A DNA stretch of 64,000 nt from Eledone cirrhosa (GCA_964016885.1 OZ024742.1:263934001-263998000); one strand, 5' to 3'; shown: positions 1 to 10,585, counted from the first letter of the stretch. The notes: a model not told the origin generated them from the sequence alone. A program made the numbers and translations.

Positions 1-166
1 AGTAGTAGTAGTAGTTATTGTCATGTTGTCCTAAGCGAAGTGACCTATAATCAAAGACAACCTAACTGCGACCATCATATATTAAGCACAGTTACCCTCT
101 CTCTCTCCCTCTCTATCTCATCCCCCCATATACTGCACCGTTTCTTTGTTATTTTGTTTGCCTTTT

Positions 167-197
167 ACACACATTTACACACACACACACACACACG

Positions 198-290
<93 letters not shown>

Positions 291-295
291 ACACA
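167..295. repeat. (CA)n microsatellite
   Basis: Direct dinucleotide run. Confidence 0.95.
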
Positions 296-672
296 TATAT
301 ATATTGATTTGTCGGACTTAAGCCCACAAGATTCATTGACTTGTCTCTCTTTTCCTCTCTTTCCTTAGCATTACTACCATGTTGTTTGTTACTTTCCTCT
401 GTCCCGATAACTTAATTTAGTTATCGCTCGCACTGATTTTAGGTATCTAGTTTTTAATGCGAAGAAATACCAATGATAATCAGCAGACTACTGATGATGG
501 ACATTCCTGTTTCTCGGTCTATTTTCATTCATATATATATTTGATATATCTCATATGAAATGATACACCCAATTTTCCACACAATACAACGTTTAGTTAG
601 GAATATACTCAGGTATTTCCTAATGTTTGTTGAGTGAGTTGGAATTTGGCCGGAGTATCGCTATTAGCTTTC

Positions 673-677
<5 letters not shown>

Positions 678-750
<73 letters not shown>
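678..750. repeat. (TA)n microsatellite
   Basis: Direct run; abuts the inverted pLTR unit that follows. Confidence 0.95.
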
Positions 751-753
<3 letters not shown>

Positions 754-781
754 TTCAAAAGATGGTTAAAAGAGTTCCAAG

Positions 782-852
782 TATTTTATTATGCGCATTT
801 CATAAACAAATATCATCATGGGATGATATCTGCGTTCTCATCAGATAAAATA
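782..852 (-). ncRNA. Type I hammerhead ribozyme motif
   Basis: Reverse complement reads TATTTTAT-CTGATGA-helix II-GAAA-TGCGCA-TA-ATAAAATA. Confidence 0.75.
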
Positions 853-941
853 GGGAGACATATGAAGCTTAAAAACACTGATATGTTGATTTAAAACTTC
901 ACTATTCACAAGTGTTTTTTAAGCTTCATATCATGTCTCCT

Positions 942-1009
942 TATTTTATCTGATGAGAACGCAGATGTCATCCCATGATATTTGTTTTTGAAATGCGCAT
1001 AATAAAATA
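942..1009 (+). ncRNA. Type I hammerhead ribozyme motif
   Basis: Helix I TATTTTAT/ATAAAATA; CTGATGA 950-956; helix II GAACGCAGAT..ATTTGTTTTT; GAAA 990-993; palindromic helix III TGCGCA; AUA triplet. Confidence 0.8.
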
Positions 1010-1131
1010 CTTGGGACTCTTTTAACCATCTTTTGATCTTATATTATTTATACTCCAGTCCTACAAACTGTAGAGTGCTTCTTATCCGATATTTGCATTG
1101 CTTTATTGTGCTACAATAAAACTCACCTCCT

Positions 1132-1170
<39 letters not shown>

Positions 1171-1200
1171 AGATCAAAAGATGGTTAAAGGAGTTCCATG

Positions 1201-1271
1201 TATTTTATTATGCGCATTTCAAAAACAAACATCATCATGCAATAATATTTGTGTTTTCATCAGATAAAACA
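1201..1271 (-). ncRNA. Type I hammerhead ribozyme motif
   Basis: Reverse complement of the 1395-1465 motif. Confidence 0.75.
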
Positions 1272-1394
1272 GGAGGACATGATATGAAGGCTAAAAAACA
1301 CTTGTGGATAGTGCAGTTTTAAATCAACATATCATATGTTGATTTAAAACTGCACTATCCACAAGTGTTTTTTAGCCTTCATATCATGTCCTCC

Positions 1395-1465
1395 TGTTTT
1401 ATCTGATGAAAACACAAATATTATTGCATGATGATGTTTGTTTTTGAAATGCGCATAATAAAATA
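1395..1465 (+). ncRNA. Type I hammerhead ribozyme motif
   Basis: TGTTTTAT-CTGATGA(1403)-AAACACAAATATTAT..ATGATGTTTGTTTTT-GAAA(1446)-TGCGCA-TA-ATAAAATA. Confidence 0.8.
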
Positions 1466-1588
1466 CATGGAACTCCTTTAACCATCTTTTGATCTTATAT
1501 ATTATGTATACTCCAGTCCTACAAACTGTACAGTGCTTCTTATCCGATATCTGCATTGCTTTATTGTACTACAATAAAACTCACCTCC

Positions 1589-1669
<81 letters not shown>

Positions 1670-2917
1670 CAAGGGGATAACAAATCATTACACAAGTTTT
1701 AATATACCGAAATGGGCCTGTGGTTTTTCGATACGAATTCCAGATACGGGTCTTTTTTAGCGGTAGTTTGTGCGAGGTGAACTGAAGACGGCGGATTTAT
1801 AACCTAGCTCCACTATCAACAAGAAATGTAATGTGGTGTTAAAGGCAAATAACAACATCTAAATAACTGACAGTAATGAACAGCAGCTATCTGTACAAGG
1901 GAAAATCGGCAATATAATTACAGAGTGAGTAGGTTGAACAACTGGATATGGTGGAGAGCCGATCAACTTAACTCAATTGAAAAAAATAACATTTAATGAA
2001 GTAGGCCAGTATGATCTCAGCTCACTGACCGAAATCAATAGAAGTGTAAAAGTATTTACTTTTATGTTTGAGATCTCGATAACATTTGTAGACACTAAAG
2101 ACATTATTTACTATAAAAGTGCCCTGAGATAGAACTGGTGGAAATGATAGCGGTAGTGTTGATTGTTGTAATGGTGTCGATGATAGTGATGATGGTTTTA
2201 GTGTTGGTGAAGGCGATGTGGATGTTGGTGGTAACGGTGATGAGAGAGATGGTGATAATGTTGATGAGGTAAGTGCGGTGGTGATATTTTCGGCAGTAAC
2301 TGAGGATGATGATGATGATGATAATAGTGGTAGTAGTATTGGTGTTAGTGTTGTTGTTGGTGATCATTTTAGTTGTGATAATAACGGAGGTGGAGATTTG
2401 ATGACGGTACCGGCATCAGTAAGATCGTTGTCTACGTTGATATAGTTGTAATTTTTTTAAAAATGTGTTTATTGGCGTTCTTGTTATTAATGGCAGCATT
2501 GTAATTAATAAATAGAATTAGTCTAGTCAAAAACTCTCATCCAAAACTACAGAGTATAAAAACATCATTTTTGATAACTGCAAACGTCTGCAAATCTCGT
2601 TCACTTCTATGCGCCATTTTGTCTTTCAGGATAAACGTCCATATCCACACCCGCACCCAACTGTATACGCAGATACTGGCACGTATATATTTATTTGATT
2701 TAAATGATTGTAGAAGTAAATCTGAATAAGTTTAAATACACACACACACATATATATATTTATGCATGTATGATTGAATGTATGTATGCATACTTATATT
2801 TATAAATTCGTGTGTCAGCATTTATATACATATATATGTATATATATAATGATTTTCACCCCTTCTGAATTCGTTACTAACGGCGATCACTTTGGAAATT
2901 TCGGTCCTAACTGAGAG

Positions 2918-2998
2918 AGTCTCTTGATAAGCTCGAAACCTCATGTATAATGCAACAATTAGACATTTCCACAAAGTACGAGGGAAACAGTCGGGACT
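2918..2998 (+). ncRNA. Candidate hammerhead ribozyme, U3-A8 core variant, degenerate
   Basis: AGTCTC-TTGATAA(2924)-GCTCG..CGAGG-GAAAC-A-GTC-GGGACT; helix I pairs, helix II has one mismatch, helix III minimal. Confidence 0.45.
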
Positions 2999-3213
2999 AG
3001 AGGTATTTTTGGTAACATTTATCTATTTTTTCTTCAAACTTAGATTTTAAACTTAACCCCGTTTAAAGGATTATTTATCTAGTTAATTTCTACGGACTAA
3101 GAAGGAAAACTAGGTAAATTTTGGTGTTGTTGAAAAGAACAGTGGCCTTTGACCTGGCAATAAAAACTGGAGTCAAAATTCTTTCTGTACCCAAACCAAG
3201 GCACACACACACA

Positions 3214-3256
<43 letters not shown>

Positions 3257-3814
3257 CTGTCTATGTATATATATAAGGGATACAGATATTGCTTTCTCAG
3301 TCACCAAGCTTCTCAATTCATTCCTTGCTACTAAGTATTTTATTTTGCTACGAGGTATATTATTTTTCAAGGTACTATTTTTCCCCTGAGTTTGTGATTT
3401 CAGAGAAAGGTAAGAAATTCTTCATATTTTGCATCTTTTGTATTTTGACTTTACAGTTTCAATTGTCTATCCACTCAAAATATTACAACAGCTAACAGTG
3501 AAATATAGAATTTTTAAATAAAATAGCTTTTTCCACTGAGATCAAATCTTTTTTTTTTTATTTCAAAAATATATAATTTGAAATAGCTTGCTTTTGTTTT
3601 GGACTGAAACTTTTTTGTATTTAATTCATACGAGTATTTTTTAAAGATTCTATGATAACTTGATTTGGCCCAGTAATCTACTGATATCAAAATCAGTAGT
3701 ATATTGAAAAATGGAAAAATAGGGTAGGGGGCGTTTCGTGATTTCGAGGGGAAATGGGTTGAGAACCTTTGTTTTAGACGATTATCAGCATCCTTTTGTT
3801 CTAGTGGTAGCACA

Positions 3815-4322
3815 GGAAAACAATTGTTTCGGGGTTATTATGTCAAGATTGTATACATCGATAGTCGTCTAAAATACATGGCGTTATTAGGCTGTTTGCT
3901 TGTAAACGAATCACACATTAATAATATTATTATAATATTATTATTATTAGATATAAAACTCACGAATACATTTGCGTGTCCTCCATGTTAGAGCGAAAAC
4001 AAATGTTTGTTTTTAATTTTCGGCAAACCCAGCCGTAAAGTTGCTCGATATGCATATTAGGCTAATCAGCTGATGTATACTTTAGAGAATACTATATATT
4101 GTCAAAGGTTCTAGCATGTAGCAGATTAGGAGATACTCAATCTTGACAAAGGGTAATGACCACGAAACAATTGTCGATTGTTTCTCTATGCTACAGCGAG
4201 AAAAAAACGATTACGATAGTCGTCTAAAACGCATGGCGTTATGAGGCTGGTTGCTTCAAAACAAATCGAATAATAATATTATCATATTATTATTATTATT
4301 CGATGTACAACTCATGAATGCA

Positions 4323-4323
<1 letters not shown>
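3815..4323 (+). repeat. Diverged ~350-bp tandem unit (1.4 copies), probable old Penelope pLTR
   Basis: CGATAGTCGTCTAAAA..CATGGCGTTAT.AGGCTG.TTGCTT recurs at 3859 and 4215; AAACAATTGT at 3818 and 4165; decayed hammerhead core at 4070-4175. Confidence 0.6.
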
Positions 4324-4357
<34 letters not shown>

Positions 4358-4382
4358 ATATCTATAAAGAAATATATCTATA

Positions 4383-4441
<59 letters not shown>
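4323..4441. repeat. (TATC)n microsatellite, 5' flank of Tx1-A1
   Basis: Direct tetranucleotide run. Confidence 0.95.
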
Positions 4442-4442
<1 letters not shown>

Positions 4443-4450
4443 CTACGTAC

Positions 4451-5530
4451 ATGGGTAGAAGAACACAAAAAATAAAAATCCACACCATCCTGCCGATTAT
4501 GGACATATGGTGGGTTTTGACAGGTTTTCTGGACCTGGAGGATGACATGCTGGTGTCCATGGGAAAGGCATCGGGTGACGCGTTCAGTGGAACGAGCCTC
4601 GAACTTGTAGTTCAAATGAGGCCCGAAAGGATCGCCCAGATCCCTGAACGCGTCATACTGGATGATCTAACCTTCATCAACATTACCGTTGAGGGTAGAC
4701 GGCCCTCGTGTTACCTCTGCGGAACCAGAGGTCACCTGAGGGCTGTCTGTCCCCAACTTAATAAGAAAACCCCAATCCTGCCTACACCACCAACAACTGC
4801 ACAACCAACACAATCACCACAACTACCACTACAAAAACAACCACCACAGCTCAAACCAAAACAAAACAATGTCCAACCCATCCCCTCCACTCAAAAAAAA
4901 ACAAAAACAATTTCCAAAACACCCGTACCGCAAACACAACCCGAAAATATACCCCTCCCCTCCAACGCGGAAGATGACCCTAGTTCGTCGTCAGACGAGG
5001 AGGAGCACTTCCACACAATCAAAAGAAAAAAAAGAAAACACACCTCAGACACACAAATGAAAAAAACCCCTCCCCAAAACATAACACTGACACCAACACA
5101 AAAGAGCTCACAACAGCAAACAAAAAACACCACACAAAAACAAAAACATGCATACACATACATAAATACAAGAAACAAAAAACTGTTAAACATTGTGTAC
5201 AACAACAATCTAATAAAAACACAAGGGCCTAACTTCACCCAGGCAGGGGATTTCCCCCACCTCAAAATGATTAAGGCCCCACAGGACACCTATAAAACTT
5301 TAAAAAACAATTTTAAAGAGGACGTGGGTCCCCCCTGCGTCGGGCCCATTAACCGCGTCCTCCTAAAAAACTATCCCACCCCCTCCCCAAACACCCTCAC
5401 AACTCCAAGCTCCCCAACCACACAACACACTGATGCCCCCACACTTCCACAAACCACCACCCCACCCAACAACCCATCCCCCACCCTAATGGAAATTGTG
5501 CAGCCCGATACCCGGGACGCAGAGAGGTAA
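4451..5530 (+). CDS. ORF1p C-terminal part (CCHC zinc knuckle, Pro/Thr/Gln-rich region)
   Basis: CYLCGTRGHLRAVC knuckle; matches the last ~360 aa of the 593-aa ORF at 55254. Confidence 0.8.
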   Translation: MGRRTQKIKIHTILPIMDIWWVLTGFLDLEDDMLVSMGKASGDAFSGTSLELVVQMRPERIAQIPERVILDDLTFINITVEGRRPSCYLCGTRGHLRAVCPQLNKKTPILPTPPTTAQPTQSPQLPLQKQPPQLKPKQNNVQPIPSTQKKTKTISKTPVPQTQPENIPLPSNAEDDPSSSSDEEEHFHTIKRKKRKHTSDTQMKKTPPQNITLTPTQKSSQQQTKNTTQKQKHAYTYINTRNKKLLNIVYNNNLIKTQGPNFTQAGDFPHLKMIKAPQDTYKTLKNNFKEDVGPPCVGPINRVLLKNYPTPSPNTLTTPSSPTTQHTDAPTLPQTTTPPNNPSPTLMEIVQPDTRDAER

Positions 5531-5554
5531 GTGCCTTTTCTCTTCACCACCAAC

Positions 5555-8500
5555 ATGGCTATGCTAAGAGTAGGCTGTTTAAATGCGCGTGGCCTGGGCT
5601 CAACTTGGAAGCAAGCAATGCTTCTAAATGACCTCAGGTCACAACGTATAGATGTGATGGTTATTTGCGAGGCCCGGATCAGCAACGTGCGACAGCTGGC
5701 CCCCACCTTTGATGACTTTGAGATGCACGCATCTCTCTGTCAGCCCGGAGGTGGGGGTGGAGTTGTCGTTCTGCTGCAAAAACACCTGGGTCTCGCAACA
5801 CAGATGGTACATTTGGACCCGGAGGGTCGACTAGTGGTTCTGGACCTTGGCAGTGGTAAAGGCGGAGCGTTTAGGTTGGTAGCCGCCTACGGCCCTTTCG
5901 GGTCAATGCGGCCGGACTTCTTCCATCGTCTGGAGACTTCTCTAGGGACGTCCCGCTCCTTGCTATTAGTGGGGGACTGGAATGGTATCCTAGATGCACG
6001 CTGGGACTACGTAGGGGCCTGCCCCGATAGAGAGGGGTGTAATAGCCTCAAAGGGTTAATCGGTCGATTTGACCTGGCCGATAGATATCGACTAGATTTT
6101 CCGACTGCGCCAACCTGGACTTGGGCAAATCGTAGCGGATCATCTAGGTCGTACCTAGATAGGTTCTTAGTTAGAATTAAGGATAAGGACTTTTTAAGTT
6201 GTCCAAAAATGCGCATTGTTGGCTATTCAGACCACAAATTAGTGACCTGCATGGTCAACCTTGACAGAACTCATAGACAGGGCCCCGGTTACTGGAAGCT
6301 CAACTTGTCCTTGCCGGCAAGTAGAGCCTACAGGAATCGGATTAGTACGTTAGTTAAGGAACGGTTGACTGGAGCGATCGTCAACAGCAGGTGGTGGGTA
6401 TCTCTAAAGAGAGAGATTAGAGTAGTCTCGATAGAATTTAGTAAGGTTCTAGCTGCGGATAGGAATAGGAAGGAAAGGGAGCTAATAGATAGAGTAGAAG
6501 AGGCAATTAGAAGCGGCGACGTGGCCAGAGTGCTAGCGTCGAGAACGGCTTTGAGCCAGTTTTTCGACGCGAAGCACGAAGGCTGCGTTGTCCGAAGTAA
6601 ATTACGTGCTCTAGGGAACGAGGGGACCAAAGCTGTTAGCTGGGCCCGCGTGACAGAGGCCAACAGTGGAACTAAATCCACCATCCGGTCTTTGCGAGAC
6701 CTGGATGGACGGGCGATTCTTGAGCCTAAGCAGATGTGTGAGGCCTTTCAAAGGCACTTTGCCCGACTGTTCGGGAGGGGCGGGGAGCCGGTTGGGAACG
6801 TGGACTTCGGTCCATACCTCGACGGCCTGCCGCGCCTCTCGGACAGGGAGGCGAAGTCCTGCGAGGAGCCGATTTCGGCCGCTGAGATAGAGGACGTGCT
6901 GAGCCAATGCGGCAAACGCAAATCCCCGGGTCTCGATGGTCTTCCTTACGAATTATATCTAGCTATGCCGGACTTGTTCCCCGATCTCCTCGAGGCGGTC
7001 TACTGCAACTGGCAACAGAACGGGAGAATTCCCTGTACTGTGACCAAGGGCGTAGTCACGCTAGTGAGGAAGGACGAGAACAAGGGGGACGAAATAAGTA
7101 ACTTCAGGCCCATAACACTGCTAAATACAGAGTTACAGATTTTGGCCAAGGTGCTAGCAAAGAGGTTGGCGCTTGTCGTGGGCAACCTGGTGGGAGATGC
7201 GCAGACATGCGCTATCCCGTCCAGGTCCATCCATGACAACCTCCACCTCATGCGATACATCATAAAGAGGGTTGGGAACGAACCCGGCTTTGGTGGGGCT
7301 CTGATCAACTTGGATCAATCTAAGGCGTTCGATAGGGTCGATCATGGTTACCTGGATGCGGTGCTAGCGGCGGCAGGCTTCGGACCCGTTTTCAGGGGCT
7401 GGATCACTGCTATGCACAGCAGCCGCATCTGCTCTAGGGTCAAGGTGAACGGCTACCTCTCGGAGCCGTTCAAAATCGCGCGGTCCATCCGACAAGGGTG
7501 CCCTCTCTCCTCCCTTCTGTATGTGTTGACTCTCGAGCCACTACTGCGGAAGTTGGAGTTGTTGCAGGGCATCCCTTTGGAACCGGGATTGCGGAAAGCG
7601 GTGTCGGCCTACGCCGATGACGTGACAGTAATGGTGTCGACGGCCTCCGAAATCGAGGCGGTCGGCACCTTACTGGAGGAGTACGAAAAGTTCACAGGGG
7701 CTAAGCTGAACCGGGACAAGTCGATCGGTTTGCAACTCGGCACGTGGAGGGGCAGACCGATGCCCTCCGATAGCGTCGTCGGACGTTGGACGGAGGGCCC
7801 GGTGAAGTTGCTCGGGGTCTGGTTCGGACCGGACCTCCAGGTGGAGAAAAACTGGGCGGAGGTTACGAACAGGGTGTTTGCACTGACCCAGAAGTGGGCC
7901 AGTTGCAAACTATCCCTGAAAGGTCGGGCGGAGGTGGCGAACACCTACATAGCGTCCGTCATCTACTACCGCCTGACCGTAGTGCCCTGCCCAAGGGAAA
8001 CCCTCACCAAGATGGAGCGCGCGCTCTTCCAATTCCTTTGGAAGAGGCGGGCTCCTATGGTGAGGAGATCCATCTGCTGTCAACACCCTTCGAAAGGAGG
8101 GCTGGGGATGCCGTGGCTAATGATGCGTAAACACGCATTAAGGCTACGGCACCTCTACGTATTCCTCACCGGACAACCGGTGTGGGCCTCGTTTGTGAGA
8201 CGAACCTTTCCCAGACTCGTCTCACTCACCGAGCTGCAATCCTGGGTCAAGCAAAGACCGAGAAAACTGGGCGCCTGGCACACTGAGTGTGCCCATGCGC
8301 TCACCGCCCTCTGGCAGGCGGATCCGGTTATCAGTGGAGACTCCACCGCAACATTCTATAGAGGGCTGGTACGCAGCAGGTGCGACGACGCCCTCGGAGA
8401 AGCCCTAGACATGGAGGAGGACGAACTGGCCAGCCTGTTCGGTAGGACATTCAGCCCGGGACCTATGGACAACTTCCAGAAGTCCCTGGCCTGGCAGTGC

Positions 8501-8992
8501 TACCGAGGGGCTTTACTCGTTCGAGAAAGGCTCTACAGACACGGGCGCCCGGGTAGGGACCCCGCCAAAAAGATCTGTCCCAGATGCGTGTGCGACGAGG
8601 AAACCGTTGCACACGCATTAGTACACTGCTCGGGCGTAGCCGATCTGTGGGGCTATGTCGAACAACTGCTGTCAAGGGTGGGACCGATCCGGTTGACCAC
8701 CGAGTCTATTGTAATGATCAAGCCGCCTCCCCCCTTCAAAGATGAAGCAGAGGCGGTGTTTCTGTGCGTAATAGCCATGGCGAAAGAGGTTGTATGGTGG
8801 ACGCGTCTGAAAGGACTGAGGTCGGGCACCTTTCTCTCTGGCCAACAACTGGTCCGTTTCTTCCGATATCATTTCGGAAGAAGGATCAGGATGGGGAGAG
8901 AGGTGCTGCACCCCAGCCGTTTCTATGAAAGATGGGTGAAAGTGGCGAGAATGGCCCGTGTGAATGGGCCTTCACTCTACATCAGACTATAG
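5555..8992 (+). CDS. ORF2p: APE endonuclease + reverse transcriptase + C-terminal zinc finger, frame open
   Basis: LNARGL, GDWN, SYLDRF, SDH (APE); KSPGLDG, FRPITLLN, LDQSKAFDRV, RQGCPLS, YADD (RT); CPRC..ETVAHALVHC; first ATG at 5555. Confidence 0.93.
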   Translation: MAMLRVGCLNARGLGSTWKQAMLLNDLRSQRIDVMVICEARISNVRQLAPTFDDFEMHASLCQPGGGGGVVVLLQKHLGLATQMVHLDPEGRLVVLDLGSGKGGAFRLVAAYGPFGSMRPDFFHRLETSLGTSRSLLLVGDWNGILDARWDYVGACPDREGCNSLKGLIGRFDLADRYRLDFPTAPTWTWANRSGSSRSYLDRFLVRIKDKDFLSCPKMRIVGYSDHKLVTCMVNLDRTHRQGPGYWKLNLSLPASRAYRNRISTLVKERLTGAIVNSRWWVSLKREIRVVSIEFSKVLAADRNRKERELIDRVEEAIRSGDVARVLASRTALSQFFDAKHEGCVVRSKLRALGNEGTKAVSWARVTEANSGTKSTIRSLRDLDGRAILEPKQMCEAFQRHFARLFGRGGEPVGNVDFGPYLDGLPRLSDREAKSCEEPISAAEIEDVLSQCGKRKSPGLDGLPYELYLAMPDLFPDLLEAVYCNWQQNGRIPCTVTKGVVTLVRKDENKGDEISNFRPITLLNTELQILAKVLAKRLALVVGNLVGDAQTCAIPSRSIHDNLHLMRYIIKRVGNEPGFGGALINLDQSKAFDRVDHGYLDAVLAAAGFGPVFRGWITAMHSSRICSRVKVNGYLSEPFKIARSIRQGCPLSSLLYVLTLEPLLRKLELLQGIPLEPGLRKAVSAYADDVTVMVSTASEIEAVGTLLEEYEKFTGAKLNRDKSIGLQLGTWRGRPMPSDSVVGRWTEGPVKLLGVWFGPDLQVEKNWAEVTNRVFALTQKWASCKLSLKGRAEVANTYIASVIYYRLTVVPCPRETLTKMERALFQFLWKRRAPMVRRSICCQHPSKGGLGMPWLMMRKHALRLRHLYVFLTGQPVWASFVRRTFPRLVSLTELQSWVKQRPRKLGAWHTECAHALTALWQADPVISGDSTATFYRGLVRSRCDDALGEALDMEEDELASLFGRTFSPGPMDNFQKSLAWQCYRGALLVRERLYRHGRPGRDPAKKICPRCVCDEETVAHALVHCSGVADLWGYVEQLLSRVGPIRLTTESIVMIKPPPPFKDEAEAVFLCVIAMAKEVVWWTRLKGLRSGTFLSGQQLVRFFRYHFGRRIRMGREVLHPSRFYERWVKVARMARVNGPSLYIRL

Positions 8993-9255
8993 GTGAGGAA
9001 GATGAAAGACCAAGGGAGCACCCCTTCTCTGTGCTCCTGAGGAGAAGGGTTGCACACTTTTTTCGGGGGTGTGTGCGACCCCCCAAGGCGCCTCCTCTCT
9101 ATTGAGGATTTTGTTAAAAATTTTATTTTTTGTTATATCTTATTTTATTTTTATATTTTGTTATTGCCTTCTCCTTATTGAGGACGCCTTTTTGTGTAAA
9201 CTCCCCCCTTTGTACTTGTCCCACTTTTGATGCCCTAGTGGCAAATAAAAGAAAT

Positions 9256-9256
9256 A

Positions 9257-9318
<62 letters not shown>

Positions 9319-9462
9319 CCTATCTATCCCCCACCCTTTCTCTCTCTATATATATGTGTGTGTGTCTGTGTGTATGTATATATGTATGTATGTTTGTAAT
9401 AATGTATATCGGAGCAGATATTCATTATACGTATATTTATATCGATATTTGGTATATATATA

Positions 9463-9513
<51 letters not shown>

Positions 9514-9634
9514 GTATATATATATGTGTGTATATATATGTGCGTATATATATGTATGTGTGTGTGTGTGTGTATGTGCACATGCATCTATGTATATGTG
9601 TATGTATATATATATATATATACATGCATCTATG

Positions 9635-9672
<38 letters not shown>

Positions 9673-9720
9673 CATAGATGCATGCGCACATACATACACA
9701 CACATACACGCACGCACATA
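9256..9720. repeat. (TATC)n tail followed by mixed (TA)/(TG)/(CA) microsatellites
   Basis: Direct runs. Confidence 0.9.
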
Positions 9721-9789
9721 CAGATTTAGGTGTGTTTGTAAAAGAGATTATAAGATAATGTTGCAGACTTGCAGACATATAATTTATCG

Positions 9790-10150
9790 GCGGCAATCCT
9801 AAAATTAAAGAAAACGTTTCAACGATGTTTTACAGCAATATCAAAAATAGTAATCCTTTCCAGCGTAGCCACATATTGGAGAAATCGTAGTGGAGGAAAC
9901 AGTGGAGTAAATCTATATAGAGGCAGTAATTATAGGAGAGCGAAATTCGAGATTTGAACTCTGTACTTGAAGACATTTTCCCCGTTGTTCCCAATTGTAC
10001 AGATTCTCATCTACCATGGTAGTCGCAATAATGTGTAACTCTTGAGGAAGTCGTAGGAGCACCGTCCTGATAAACGGCGTTTCTAGGCCATTTTCTAGAA
10101 CTTAGTGGAGACCATCTCCTCTTCGGGACTGAATACACCAGTTTTCTTCC
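9790..10150 (-). pseudogene. Possible decayed Tc1/mariner-type transposase fragment
   Basis: Minus-strand translation VYQDGAPTTSSRVTH resembles the FQQDGAPxHxS second-D motif; only weak downstream similarity (MWATLE-like). Confidence 0.3.
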
Positions 10151-10159
10151 AGATAGAGC

Positions 10160-10179
10160 AAGAGCGAGGGAGAGAGAGC

Positions 10180-10214
<35 letters not shown>

Positions 10215-10535
10215 TTGAGTATGGAGCCTTGTGTATGTGTGTGTGTATGTCTGTGTGGGTGTGTATGTGTGTATTTGTGCGTGTGTGTGTGTGTGGGTGT
10301 GTATGTGTATGTGTATTTGTGTGCGTATGTGTGTGTGTGTACTTGTGTGTGGGTGTGTGTGGGTGTATGTGTGGGTGTGTATATGTATGTGTATTTGTGT
10401 GCGTATGTGTGTGTGTGTGTGTGTATTTGTGTGTGTGTGTGTATTTGTGCGTGGGTGTGCATGGGTGTGGTATGTGTATTTGTGTGCGTATGTGTGTGTG
10501 TATTTGTGTGTGTATGTGTATGCGTATTTGTGTGC

Positions 10536-10585
<50 letters not shown>

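Larger units (their letters stand above)
751..1130 (+). mobile_element. Penelope-like pseudo-LTR / retrozyme-like insertion, copy 1 (inverted arm 751-879 + direct unit 881-1130)
   Basis: 751-879 is the reverse complement of about 911-1040; carries a hammerhead motif; flanked by (TA)n and (CA)n(TA)n. Confidence 0.75.
1170..1591 (+). mobile_element. Penelope-like pseudo-LTR / retrozyme-like insertion, copy 2 (inverted arm 1170-1331 + direct unit 1334-1591)
   Basis: Near-perfect palindrome centred near 1333; same family as 751-1130 but with its own substitutions; (TA)n on both sides. Confidence 0.75.
4442..9255 (+). mobile_element. L1/Tx1-clade non-LTR retrotransposon family A, copy A1 (5'-truncated inside ORF1)
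   Basis: Near identical to 55949-60757; ends ..GCAAATAAAAGAAA then (TATC)n; (TATC)n on both sides. Confidence 0.93.

Noticed and set aside
485-675. CTGATGA at 491 with a possible long helix II (GGACATTCC..GGAAT)
   Set aside because: No GAAA/NUH/helix I' in register; at most a heavily decayed remnant
1704-1767. Minus-strand TACCG-CTAAAAA..GAAA..TT-CGGTA hammerhead-like layout
   Set aside because: Two core mismatches and no convincing helix II or III
2130-2400. Thr/Ile- or Asp/Val-rich ORFs
   Set aside because: Degenerate (GAT/GGT/AGT)n trinucleotide repeat
5528-5557. ORF1 and ORF2 in frame across a single TAA (possible read-through)
   Set aside because: Family B has a 34-nt out-of-frame spacer, so the frame is not conserved; the GTG start in the ORF track is not the likely initiator
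6007-8911. Antisense and alternative-frame ORFs recurring in the LINE copies
   Set aside because: Shadows of the GC-rich ORF2; recurrence reflects copy identity only
9130-9399. Hydrophobic ORF in the family A 3' UTR (also 54632 and 60574)
   Set aside because: T-rich UTR running into the microsatellite, with no ATG and no element-encoded stop
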